The position numbers and the translations under genes are program-made. DNA of 64,000 bases from positions 709,632-773,631 of the forward strand of contig CAXXYE010000004.1 in the NCBI GenBank assembly GCA_963674865.2. Reading direction: 5' to 3'. Every line of letters starts with the position of its first letter. Position 1 is the first letter of the stretch. This stretch comes from Candidatus Hydrogenedentota bacterium. Lineage in GTDB: Bacteria; Hydrogenedentota; Hydrogenedentia; Hydrogenedentales; SLHB01. Shown piece after piece: positions 1 through 8,980 of the stretch. The notes beneath the pieces were generated by a model. The model was not told where the DNA came from. It saw nothing but the letters and a program-made list of their open reading frames with translations, and ran no database searches.

Positions 1-331
1 AAGGCACGGATAGACGCCAATAAACTCAGAAACGTGATGAAGATTGTCCGTGATAGCACGACCGCCTACAGATCCAGCGTCCCTACGTCAGATGATGATA
101 TGCTGGCAGACCCGCCACGCGGCAGCCTCTACGGCTTGGCATCGTAGCCTAAGCTACGCGGCTCAGACCCGCGCGCCTAAAATGGACGCCTCACGCGAAG
201 CCGCTAGAAATGCCAGATTCAGTCAGGCCGCCTTCAAACCAGTCCCACCGTCAAAAAGATGCGCGGCGGCGCGTCAAACGTGTATCCTTGCCCCTTAAGT
301 CTTCCCCGCATAGAAGGATCCAAGGATTGCT

Positions 332-1813
332 ATGAGCGAAGTACGTGTACGCATTGCGCCCTCACCGTCGGGATTCCTCCACATCGGCACGGCCAAAATG
401 GCGCTGTTCAACTGGCTTTACGCACGGAAATCGGTCGGCACATTCATCCTGCGCCTCGAAGACACCGACGCGGAACGCACGGACGAGGCATTCGTAGAGG
501 CCATGTGCTTAGGATTCCGCTGGCTCGGCATCGACTGGGACGAGGGGCCGGCCTTCGGCGATGAGCCGGAGAAAGGCGACCGCGGCCCCTACCGCCAATC
601 GCACCGGCGCGACCTCCACGTCCGCGAGGCCCATCGCCTGCTCGACGAGGGCAAAGCCTACAAGTGTTTCCTCACCAAGGAGGAACTCGACGCCTTGCGT
701 GAGCGTTCGATGGCGGGGGAGAGGGCTCCCCGTTCGGCATGGACTTGGCGCGATGCCACGCCCGACCGAGTCGCCGCCATGGGCGACCAGCCCTACGTCG
801 TGCGCTTCAAAGTGCCCGATGGGGAAACCGTCATCCGCGACCTCGTCCAGGGCGAAGTGCGGATCAACAACGACGAGATCGACGACTTCGTCATCCTCAA
901 ACCTAACGGCGACCCTGTCTTCCATCTGGCCGTGGTGGTGGACGACGGACTGATGGGAATCACCCACGTCATTCGCGGCGACGATCACCTCACCAACGCA
1001 GGCAAGCACGTTATGCTCTTCGAAGCGCTGTGTTACGACCTGCCGCAATTCGCCCACCTGCCGATGGTGCTCGATGAGCACGGCAAGAAGTACAGCAAGC
1101 GGATGCGCGGCGCGAACGTGCTCGATTGGCGCGATGATGGCTACCTGCCCGAGGCGCTAATCAACTACGTCGCCCTCCTGGGCTGGACGCCTGAGGAGGA
1201 GAACCGGGAACTCTTCACGCGCGACGAGCTTGTCGAAGCCTTCTCCCTCGAACGGCTGGGCAAATCCGCCGCGAAGTTCGACCTCAAGAAATTCCAATGG
1301 CTGAACGGCCAGCACATCCGGCGGCTGCCTCTGGACGTCCTGCGCGACCGGCTCATCCCCATTCTCCAAGAGGCGGGCTTCGACACCGGTGCCAAGTCCA
1401 CGGAATGGCTCACGCAGATGACGGCGATCTGCCAGGAGAAACTCGCCACACTCAACGACATTGTGCGGCAAACGGACTTTTTCTTCGTGGAACCGCACGA
1501 ATACGAGGAAAAAGCCGTCAAGAAACAATGGAAAAAGGACGGCGCCCTAGAGAAGATGCAGCTCATCGAGGAGGCGCTCACAGGCATCGAGGCGTGGTCG
1601 CACGACCCGCTCAAGACCGCCTATGAGCGGCTCGCCGAACAAGCAGGCGTCGGCCTCGGCCAATTCATCCACCCCACCCGGCTCGCACTGACAGGCAAGA
1701 GCGTCGGCCCCGGACTATTCGAACTGGCCGAACTCCTCGGCAAAGACGCCTGCCTCGCGCGTATTCAGCGGGCGAAAGACTTCATCCGCACGCTCGGGGA
1801 GGCCCAAGCATGA
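332..1813 (+). CDS. gltX: Glutamate--tRNA ligase
   Basis: RIAPSPSGFLHIGT (HIGH-like), LRLEDTD, THVIRGDDH and KYSKR (KMSKS-like) motifs; C-terminal anticodon domain RLALTGKSVGP. Confidence 0.97.
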   Translation: MSEVRVRIAPSPSGFLHIGTAKMALFNWLYARKSVGTFILRLEDTDAERTDEAFVEAMCLGFRWLGIDWDEGPAFGDEPEKGDRGPYRQSHRRDLHVREAHRLLDEGKAYKCFLTKEELDALRERSMAGERAPRSAWTWRDATPDRVAAMGDQPYVVRFKVPDGETVIRDLVQGEVRINNDEIDDFVILKPNGDPVFHLAVVVDDGLMGITHVIRGDDHLTNAGKHVMLFEALCYDLPQFAHLPMVLDEHGKKYSKRMRGANVLDWRDDGYLPEALINYVALLGWTPEEENRELFTRDELVEAFSLERLGKSAAKFDLKKFQWLNGQHIRRLPLDVLRDRLIPILQEAGFDTGAKSTEWLTQMTAICQEKLATLNDIVRQTDFFFVEPHEYEEKAVKKQWKKDGALEKMQLIEEALTGIEAWSHDPLKTAYERLAEQAGVGLGQFIHPTRLALTGKSVGPGLFELAELLGKDACLARIQRAKDFIRTLGEAQA

Positions 1814-2784
1814 AAGAACTCATCGTCGGCGTCGACCTAGGCGGCACCTTCGTGAAAACGGCCGTCATCTCGCGTGGCAAGGAGATCCTTGCAAAGGATT
1901 CGCTCCCGACACACGCGGAAAACGGCCCCGAAGGCGTCATGGACGTCATCGCCCAGGGCGTCGAGGCCGTGCTCGACGCTGCCGGGGCCGACAGGAGCGC
2001 CATCCTCGCCGTCGGCATCGGCTCCCCAGGCCCCCTAAACTGGCAAACGGGCGTGGTTTACGAGACGCCAAACCTGCCGGGGTGGGTCGATATCCCCCTC
2101 GCCGCCGCGATGCAAGAACGCCTGGGCGTGCCCTGTTTCCTCGATAACGACGCCAATTGCGCCTGCTACGGCGAATTCTGGATGGGCGCCGGCCAGGGAG
2201 TGGACACCATGTGCTGCCTCACTCTTGGCACAGGCGTGGGCGGCGGCATCGTCGTGTTCGGCCAGTTGCTCCGCGGCATCGACGGCACCGCCGCCGAGAT
2301 CGGCCACATCAAAGTCCGCCGCGACGGCCGCCTATGCGGATGCGGCTCGAAAGGCTGCCTCGAAGCCTACGCGTCCGTCACCGGCATGGTTCGCACCGCC
2401 GTGAAGGGCATCGACACCGGCAAACAAACCGCGCTCACCGGCCTGTGCAACAACGACCTCACCAAGCTCACGGGCAAGATGATTTCCGATGCCGCCAGCG
2501 GCGGCGACGAATTCGCCCAGTGGGTCATCCAGGAAACCGGCGTCTGGCTGGGAATAGGTATCTCCAGTCTCATCAACCTCTTAAACCCCGAGAAGGTGGT
2601 CCTGTGCGGCGGGATGATCGCGGCGGGCGAGATGCTCTTCAGCCCCATCCGCGAGACGGCCCAACGACTCAGCTTCGAGGTGCCCGCGAATCGCTGCGAG
2701 ATTGTCCCCGCGGCGCTTGGCGGCGATTCGGGCGTATTGGGCGCGGCGGGATGCGCCGCATCCCGCATCGAAGGACAAGCATAG
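1810..2784 (+). CDS. ROK family sugar kinase (glucokinase-like)
   Basis: GVDLGGT phosphate motif, DNDAN, LTLGTGVGGG, EIGH and CGCGSKGCLE zinc motif; ATGA overlap with gltX. Confidence 0.93.
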   Translation: MKELIVGVDLGGTFVKTAVISRGKEILAKDSLPTHAENGPEGVMDVIAQGVEAVLDAAGADRSAILAVGIGSPGPLNWQTGVVYETPNLPGWVDIPLAAAMQERLGVPCFLDNDANCACYGEFWMGAGQGVDTMCCLTLGTGVGGGIVVFGQLLRGIDGTAAEIGHIKVRRDGRLCGCGSKGCLEAYASVTGMVRTAVKGIDTGKQTALTGLCNNDLTKLTGKMISDAASGGDEFAQWVIQETGVWLGIGISSLINLLNPEKVVLCGGMIAAGEMLFSPIRETAQRLSFEVPANRCEIVPAALGGDSGVLGAAGCAASRIEGQA

Positions 2785-2806
2785 ACAATCCGCCCGGCGC
2801 GTGTGG

Positions 2807-3450
2807 TCGTCCTGCTATTCGCAGAGGAGAGAGCGTAGCAAGAGAGGGACTGATGCAAGCGAGCGAGTCCCCGAGCGAGACGTGTCTGTCCCTACTCTTC
2901 GTCCTGCTACTCGCAGGGGAGAGAGCGTAGCAACAGAGGGGCTGATGCAAGCGAGCGAGTCCCCGAGCGAGACGTGTCTGTCCCTACTCTTCGTCCTGCT
3001 ATTCGCAGGGGAGATGGCGTAGCAACAGAGGGACTGATGCAAGCGAGCGAGTACCCGAGCGAGACGTGTCTGTCCCTACTCTTCGTCCTGCTATTCGCAG
3101 GGGAGATGGCGCAGCAACAGAGGGACTGATGCAAGCGAGCGAGTACCCGAGCGAGACGTGTCTGTCCCTACTCTTCGTCCTGCTATTCGCAGGGGAGATG
3201 GCGTAGCAACAGAGGGACTGATGCAAGCGAGCGAGTACCCGAGCGAGACGTGTCTGTCCCTACTCTTCGTCCTGCTATTCGCAGGGGAGATGGCGCAGCA
3301 ACAGAGGGACTGATGCAAGCGAGTGAGTACCCGAGCGAGACGTGTCTGTCCCTACTCTTCGTCCTGCTATTCGCAGGGGAGATGGCGTAGCAACAGAGGG
3401 ACTGATGCAAGCGAGCGAGTACCCGAGCGAGACGTGTCTGTCCCTACTCT
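2807..3450. repeat. Tandem array of seven near-identical 92-bp units
   Basis: Units start at 2807, 2899, 2991, 3083, 3175, 3267 and 3359; consensus TCGTCCTGCTATTCGCAGGGGAGATGGCGTAGCAACAGAGGGACTGATGCAAGCGAGCGAGTACCCGAGCGAGACGTGTCTGTCCCTACTCT; no unique spacers. Confidence 0.97.
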
Positions 3451-3496
3451 TGCGAAGCGGGACGCGGATGGTGGCCCCCAGCGGAGGTAACGCCTT

Positions 3497-4432
3497 TTGA
3501 TCCTTACCGTTACGCCAAACCCATGCGTGGACAAGACCGTCTTCATCGACAAGCTAGAAGTCGGCACGTTCATGCGCTCGCCCAAGTGTACCTGCATCCC
3601 AGGCGGCAAAGGCACGAATGTATCCCGGGCCGTGAAGGCGCTGGGCCGGCCCACAAAGGCCATGGTCATCGTCGGCGGCCACCCCGGCGCCCACGTGGTC
3701 GAGATGATCGAGCGCCAGGACGGCGTCGAGTGCCTCCCCGTCTGGGTGGCCTCGCAAACCCGCACCATTACAACGGTTCTGGAAGAGCCCATCCACCGCC
3801 AAACCGCGTTTTTCGAGCCAGGCTCACGCGTAACCGATGACGAGGCAGTCCAAGTCAAACAGACCTTCCAGGAGGCCGTCGCGGGGGCCAAGGTAGTCAC
3901 CTTCAACGGCACCGTCTGCGACCCGGCTATCAGCCACCTGTACCGCGACCTCATCCCCGTGGCCAAACAGGCCGGCGCCTTGACCATCCTCGACTCCCAC
4001 GGGGCCGAATTGACCCAGGGCATCGATTCCGTACCATACATGGTGAAGCCGAACGTGGCTGAAGCCGAGGAGCTTCTGGGACATACCCTTGAGAGCGACG
4101 AAGCGAAATGGCAGGCCGCTAAGTGGTTTCACGAAAAAGGGATAAAGCTATTCGTGCTTTCCTTGGGCGCGCAGGGGGCCATCGTCAGCAACGGAACGGA
4201 TGTGTTCCAGGTTGTTCCGCCAGCCGTCCGCGAGGTCAATCCTGTCGGAAGCGGCGATGCACTCGTCGCCGGATTCGCCATCGGGCTTATGGAAGGAATG
4301 TCCCTCGAGGAAATGGCCGTCCTGGCCTGCGCCGCCGGAACCGCCAACGCCATGTCATGGGACATCGGCCACTTCGCCCCTGGCCAAGTCGCCGAACTGG
4401 CTGGACAGGTTCAGGTGCGTCGCATCCAGTGA
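3497..4432 (+). CDS. 1-phosphofructokinase/PfkB family hexose kinase
   Basis: MILTVTPNPCVD start, GGKGTNV, MVKPN and NPVGSGDALVAG PfkB signatures; TTG start preceded by GGAGGT. Confidence 0.92.
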   Translation: MILTVTPNPCVDKTVFIDKLEVGTFMRSPKCTCIPGGKGTNVSRAVKALGRPTKAMVIVGGHPGAHVVEMIERQDGVECLPVWVASQTRTITTVLEEPIHRQTAFFEPGSRVTDDEAVQVKQTFQEAVAGAKVVTFNGTVCDPAISHLYRDLIPVAKQAGALTILDSHGAELTQGIDSVPYMVKPNVAEAEELLGHTLESDEAKWQAAKWFHEKGIKLFVLSLGAQGAIVSNGTDVFQVVPPAVREVNPVGSGDALVAGFAIGLMEGMSLEEMAVLACAAGTANAMSWDIGHFAPGQVAELAGQVQVRRIQ

Positions 4433-4516
4433 GGCTGCCAGGAAGGCTCCCAGAGTTCTTCAAGTGATATCGCCGCGTCCCCGCCCCTCGCCGTACGGCA
4501 CGACTCTCACCTGCCC

Positions 4517-4867
4517 CTATTCCTGGACCTCCAAGCTGTCGAGTAGAGAGCGGAACCGGGCGTGGAGGGGAGGCAGTTCATGCTTGATGACGGCCCAGAC
4601 AATACTGAGGTCGACACCTGCGTATTCGTGAATGAGCTTGTCACGCATTCCCGCCATGCGTTTCCATGGCACCTCTGGACTCTTGGCGCGGAGGTCGTCC
4701 GGTATGCGCTTGGCCGCTTCACCCAAGACCTCCAAACTGCGCAGGACGGCGTTGCTCGTTTTCCGATCCCGTGTGAATTCCTCGAAGGTCATGCCCTCGG
4801 TGAAGGTCGCGGTCTCCTCAATAGCGGCCAGAGCGTCTTCGAGGTAGTCGCGGCAGTCGCGCTTCAC
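4517..4867 (-). CDS. HEPN (DUF86/HepT-like) RNase toxin
   Basis: LEVLGEAAK and PWKRMAGMRDKLIHEY (RX4H motif); stop of the MNT gene overlaps its start. Confidence 0.9.
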   Translation of the reverse strand: MKRDCRDYLEDALAAIEETATFTEGMTFEEFTRDRKTSNAVLRSLEVLGEAAKRIPDDLRAKSPEVPWKRMAGMRDKLIHEYAGVDLSIVWAVIKHELPPLHARFRSLLDSLEVQE

Positions 4868-5163
4868 AGTATCTGCACCTCGTCGAGAATACGCCGGCCG
4901 ATATGTGGCTTGAGCGCCGCCTTGCTCACCAGGTCAACCTTCCCGCCAAGCCATTCGCCGAGTCGTTCCTCGAGTTCCAGGAACTTGAAAAATCCAACAG
5001 GCCGCTCGAACTCGACCAGGATATCAATATCGCTGCTGTCGGCAGCCTCCGCCCGGACACATGAGCCGAACACACCTATGCTCGACACGCCATAGTCCTT
5101 GGCCAGTTCTCCCCGGCGCCTACCCACGACGGCCCGTATCTCTTGCAGAGTCGGCAGTCCCAT
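4864..5163 (-). CDS. Minimal nucleotidyltransferase (MNT) antitoxin
   Basis: 99 aa; VFGSCVR...SDIDILVEF (GSx10DxD) and KVDLV. Confidence 0.9.
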   Translation of the reverse strand: MGLPTLQEIRAVVGRRRGELAKDYGVSSIGVFGSCVRAEAADSSDIDILVEFERPVGFFKFLELEERLGEWLGGKVDLVSKAALKPHIGRRILDEVQIL

Positions 5164-5333
5164 ATTGCTCAGTAGGCCTTTCTATCTCCTAGGATAGGCT
5201 GCCGCCTTTCGGCACCCACGACGTGATCCCGACCAACTATCATAAGCAAATGATAGCACACCATGCGCACCCTTCAGCGAAAACGCCGCCTTCTCGATGA
5301 AGTCGACGCGCACTGCCCGGCATACCCGGATTT

Positions 5334-6341
5334 CTATGCCCCAGTATGGAAATCCCGCAGTTCCACCACCAGAGCCAGGACATTGGGCGCCGGACTCCCC
5401 ATACGCACGGCATCCTTCTCGGTGACGACGATGGCTTCGGCTTGGGGCAAATCCTCAGCCGTGAAAGGCCGGTGGTCGGTGAAGGCACAGCGCGCCGTGA
5501 CAACCGCGCCCAAGTCTTCAAGCGTGGCGAAGAACGCCTCGGGATTGCCGATGGCGCACGCAGCGAAGACCTCCTTCCCAACAATATGCTCAAGCGGCAG
5601 AGGTTCACCGTCCGCGACACGCCAAAGCCCTGTGGGAGCGTGGCGCGTCTGCCGCAGCGGCGCACCGGGGCAGAGTTCCTCGACCTTCTCCACGGTGCGG
5701 GCAAGGTCGGCCGCCTGATCGCACCGCGTCAGGATAATCTCCGTAGCCCGGCCCATCGCCTCCAGCGGCTCGCGCAGAATGCCCCTCGGCATGAGACGCC
5801 CATCGCCGAACGGCTTGGCCGCGTCGATCACCAAAACATTCTCGTCCCGCGCCAGCCGGACATACTGGAAGCCGTCGTCGAGAATGAGCGTGTCGCAGCC
5901 ATATTCTTCGATGGCCGCACGCGCCGACGCGACGCGGTCGGCCCCCTTCATGATGCGCACCTCCGGCGCCTTTCTGACAATGAGGGCGGGCTCATCCCCA
6001 AACGCTTCGGCCACGTCGCTGGACGCGCCCCCCTCGGCGCGATACGTGGCGGGGCAAACCTGTCCGGAGGTCCCGTATCCGCGCGTGAGCACGGCCACCT
6101 TCTTGCCGGCCGCTACCTCCGCCCGAGCCCGCTCGATTACGGCGGGCGTCTTGCCGGTACCGCCCACGGTGATGTTGCCGAAGCTGATGACATGGGCGTT
6201 CACCCGCACGCGCGGGCGCCGCATGCGCCACCACATGCCCAGCCGCCACACCGGCGTGAGGGCCGACAGCAAAGCGGCGGCAGGAAGGGGGAGGGATTCT
6301 CCTCGACGAACCTTGTCGGCCAGTGTGGTGCGCGATCTCAT
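5334..6341 (-). CDS. lpxK: Tetraacyldisaccharide 4'-kinase
   Basis: ISFGNITVGGTGKTP, LTRGYG, GDEP, ILDDGFQ and TEKDAV; start moved to ATG 6341, which overlaps the dprA stop (ATGA). Confidence 0.95.
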   Translation of the reverse strand: MRSRTTLADKVRRGESLPLPAAALLSALTPVWRLGMWWRMRRPRVRVNAHVISFGNITVGGTGKTPAVIERARAEVAAGKKVAVLTRGYGTSGQVCPATYRAEGGASSDVAEAFGDEPALIVRKAPEVRIMKGADRVASARAAIEEYGCDTLILDDGFQYVRLARDENVLVIDAAKPFGDGRLMPRGILREPLEAMGRATEIILTRCDQAADLARTVEKVEELCPGAPLRQTRHAPTGLWRVADGEPLPLEHIVGKEVFAACAIGNPEAFFATLEDLGAVVTARCAFTDHRPFTAEDLPQAEAIVVTEKDAVRMGSPAPNVLALVVELRDFHTGA

Positions 6342-7489
6342 CGAGGGGCAAATCGTTTTCCGCTGAACTGCCGCACCAACCCCTTGAGTTCCAGCACCGT
6401 CAGCGAACTCAGCGCCTCCGACACGGGGATGCGGCACGACGCGGCGATCTCGTCAATATAGGAGCCGTCCGGAGATAGGGCGGACAAAACGTTGCGCTCG
6501 GTTACGCCCACCGGCGTCGCGGACGCCTCGGGAGCGGGCGCTTCCGGCGGCTTGGACGCGGGGCGTTCGCCTTGCTCCCCCTCGGCTGCAACCGGCTCCA
6601 ACACCGGCAAAGCCTCCGGGATATCCAGCTCCGCCAGAATATCCTCGACGGACTCCACGAGCTTGGCCCCCTCGCGGATCAGCGCGTGCGGGCCGGCGCT
6701 ATTGCGCACACCTATCTGCCCCGGCACCGCGAACACCTCACGGCCTTGTTCCGCCGCGTGCCGGGCCGAGATCAACGCGCCGCTCTGCGCCGGGGCTTCG
6801 ACCACCAACGCGCCCAGCGTCAGGCCGCTGATCACGCGATTGCGCTGCGGAAAATGCTGCGCCAGCGGCTCCGAGCCCATAGCGAACTCCGACATGACGC
6901 ACCCGCTCTGGATAATCCGCTCCATGAGTTCCGCATTCTGACGAGGATACACCACGTCGACGCCGCAACCGAGAAGGGCAATCGTTCTGCCTCCGGCATC
7001 GAGCGCCCCGCGATGGGCCGCGGCGTCGATCCCGGCGGCCATGCCGCTGACAACCGTGATGCCGCGGGCGGCCAGTTCGGCGCCGAACTTCTCCGCCATG
7101 CGGATACCATAAGGAGTGGGCCGCCGCGTGCCAACGATGGCGACACAACGCTCATCCTGCTCGCGCAACTCGCCCCGGACAAACAGCACCAGCGGCGGAT
7201 CATAGATCTCCGCCAAACGAATGGGATAGGCCGCGTCTTCGAGCGTGACAACGGACACATCGTATTCCTGGATAAGCCGCTCCTGACGCCCCAGGTCCAC
7301 AACATCCGCGTACTGCCCGATCCGATCCGCCAAGGCAGCGCCCACGACCTCCTTCAGGGCGGCATACGGCGCCGCCAGCACCTCCCCCGGCGTGCGAAAG
7401 CGGGCCAACAGCCGGATGAAATGAGTCGTCCCGACGCCCGGAACCATCACCAGCGTCAGCCAGTCCCGCTGTTCTTCCGTGAGCCTCAT
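6338..7489 (-). CDS. dprA: DNA-processing protein DprA
   Basis: AIVGTR, VSGMAAGID, FPQRNRVISGL, SGALISA and REVFAVPG; C-terminal winged helix. Confidence 0.96.
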   Translation of the reverse strand: MRLTEEQRDWLTLVMVPGVGTTHFIRLLARFRTPGEVLAAPYAALKEVVGAALADRIGQYADVVDLGRQERLIQEYDVSVVTLEDAAYPIRLAEIYDPPLVLFVRGELREQDERCVAIVGTRRPTPYGIRMAEKFGAELAARGITVVSGMAAGIDAAAHRGALDAGGRTIALLGCGVDVVYPRQNAELMERIIQSGCVMSEFAMGSEPLAQHFPQRNRVISGLTLGALVVEAPAQSGALISARHAAEQGREVFAVPGQIGVRNSAGPHALIREGAKLVESVEDILAELDIPEALPVLEPVAAEGEQGERPASKPPEAPAPEASATPVGVTERNVLSALSPDGSYIDEIAASCRIPVSEALSSLTVLELKGLVRQFSGKRFAPR

Positions 7490-7713
7490 GCTGAGACTAT
7501 AGCATTCTTGCCCGTGTTTTGCCTATCTATAGACCATGGTCGGATAGCTCGACGGCGCCGGGGACAGCCCCCTCGGCGGGCATGCACAACGATGGAATCT
7601 GCTATACGCCCCACGATGCTAAGAGGAACCGCGCGCCGCAAGAACCTCCGAGCACCCGCCACAGCCCCCGCCGCAGATTGATGCCGCCCCGCGGGCGGCG
7701 GTAGGATAAGCCC

Positions 7714-8922
7714 ATGAAAGAAGCACGCCTGCACATCACGGAAGGCATGCGGCGTTTTCTCGACTATCCGAGGTTCGCGGGCCCCACGCGCCTGCTCATC
7801 CTCGAAACGCAGTACTTCTTCGACGCAAGCTGGCGGCGCGCCGCCGAATCGCTAGGCTGGGCGGTGGCCTCCGTGCCCTCTGCCATGGTGGGCGACCTGC
7901 CCATCGAGCACGTCCGCACGCTCTTCACCACGCTGGGCGAGTTCAAGCCCGATTTCATCCTCACCTCGAACTACGCGGGGATGGATCAGGAAGGCCTGTT
8001 CTCGCGCTTCTTCGAGGACGCGCGCATCCCCTACGTGAGCTGGTTCACGGACACGCCCCGCATGATCCTCTACGACCGGAAGCTCTACACCTCGCACTAC
8101 GCCGTCGCCGCCACCTGGGAGAAGGCGTACACCCAGCACTTTCGCGACCTCGGCTTCGAGCACGTGTTCCATATGCCCCTGGCAACCGACCCCGCGTTGT
8201 TCTCCGGCCCGCCGGCGCATCGATTCGACCGTCCCGTGGGCTTCGTCGGCGCACCAATGATCAAGGAAGCAAGCGAGGCATGGGACATCCTCCGCCACCT
8301 CCCCGACGTGCAGGCCGCTATCCGAAAGACGCTCGACGAGGGCCGCGCGACACGAACCAATTTCACCGAGGGCGTGCGCGCCCTGCTGGAGGCCCGTTAC
8401 CTCGATGGGCGCACGACCAGCGAGTTGCGTAATATCGAACTCTGCTTCATCTACGAGGCCACCCGCCGCCAGCGCGAGGCGATGGTGCAGCTACTCGAAC
8501 CGCTCAACATCGAGGTGCGAGGCGATGAAACATGGCGCCGGATTGCCCGGAATGCAGGAGGGGCTGTCGGCTACTTCGACGATTTGCCCAAGTACTACCG
8601 CGACACGGCGGTGAACCTCAACACGACCAGCCTTCAAATGGAATATGCCGTCAACCAGCGCGTGTTCGACTGCCCCGCCGCGGGTGGATTCCTCCTGACG
8701 GACGCCCAGCCGGACTTGGCCGAATTCTTCGACCCCAAAACCGAGGTGGCCACCTATGAGAGCGTTGAGGAACTTCCGGACGCGGTCGCACACTACCTCG
8801 AACACCCGAAGGAAAGGTTAGAGATCATCCTCCGCGCCCAACGCCGCATCACAGCCCATCACACCCACGCCCACCGCCTTCAATCCCTGGAAACCTACCT
8901 CAAGGAGCGGTATGCTGGCTGA
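7714..8922 (+). CDS. CgeB/YkvP-family glycosyltransferase-like protein
   Basis: SWFTDTP, HMPLATDP, VNQRVFDCPAAGGFLLTD and HTHAHR C-terminal motif. Confidence 0.75.
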   Translation: MKEARLHITEGMRRFLDYPRFAGPTRLLILETQYFFDASWRRAAESLGWAVASVPSAMVGDLPIEHVRTLFTTLGEFKPDFILTSNYAGMDQEGLFSRFFEDARIPYVSWFTDTPRMILYDRKLYTSHYAVAATWEKAYTQHFRDLGFEHVFHMPLATDPALFSGPPAHRFDRPVGFVGAPMIKEASEAWDILRHLPDVQAAIRKTLDEGRATRTNFTEGVRALLEARYLDGRTTSELRNIELCFIYEATRRQREAMVQLLEPLNIEVRGDETWRRIARNAGGAVGYFDDLPKYYRDTAVNLNTTSLQMEYAVNQRVFDCPAAGGFLLTDAQPDLAEFFDPKTEVATYESVEELPDAVAHYLEHPKERLEIILRAQRRITAHHTHAHRLQSLETYLKERYAG

Positions 8923-8980
8923 CGCATGACACGGCGGGTCGCCGCCACGCGTAGAGATCCCGGCAGAGACAAAGACACGC

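Noticed and set aside
1..331. Short ORFs upstream of gltX
   Set aside because: No recognisable motifs; cannot be supported
2815..3410. Repeated 75-aa minus-strand ORFs (MHQSLCC...)
   Set aside because: By-products of the tandem repeat; overlapping each other and antisense to the operon
2807..3450. CRISPR array
   Set aside because: Whole 92-bp units are near-identical with no unique spacers, and no cas genes are present
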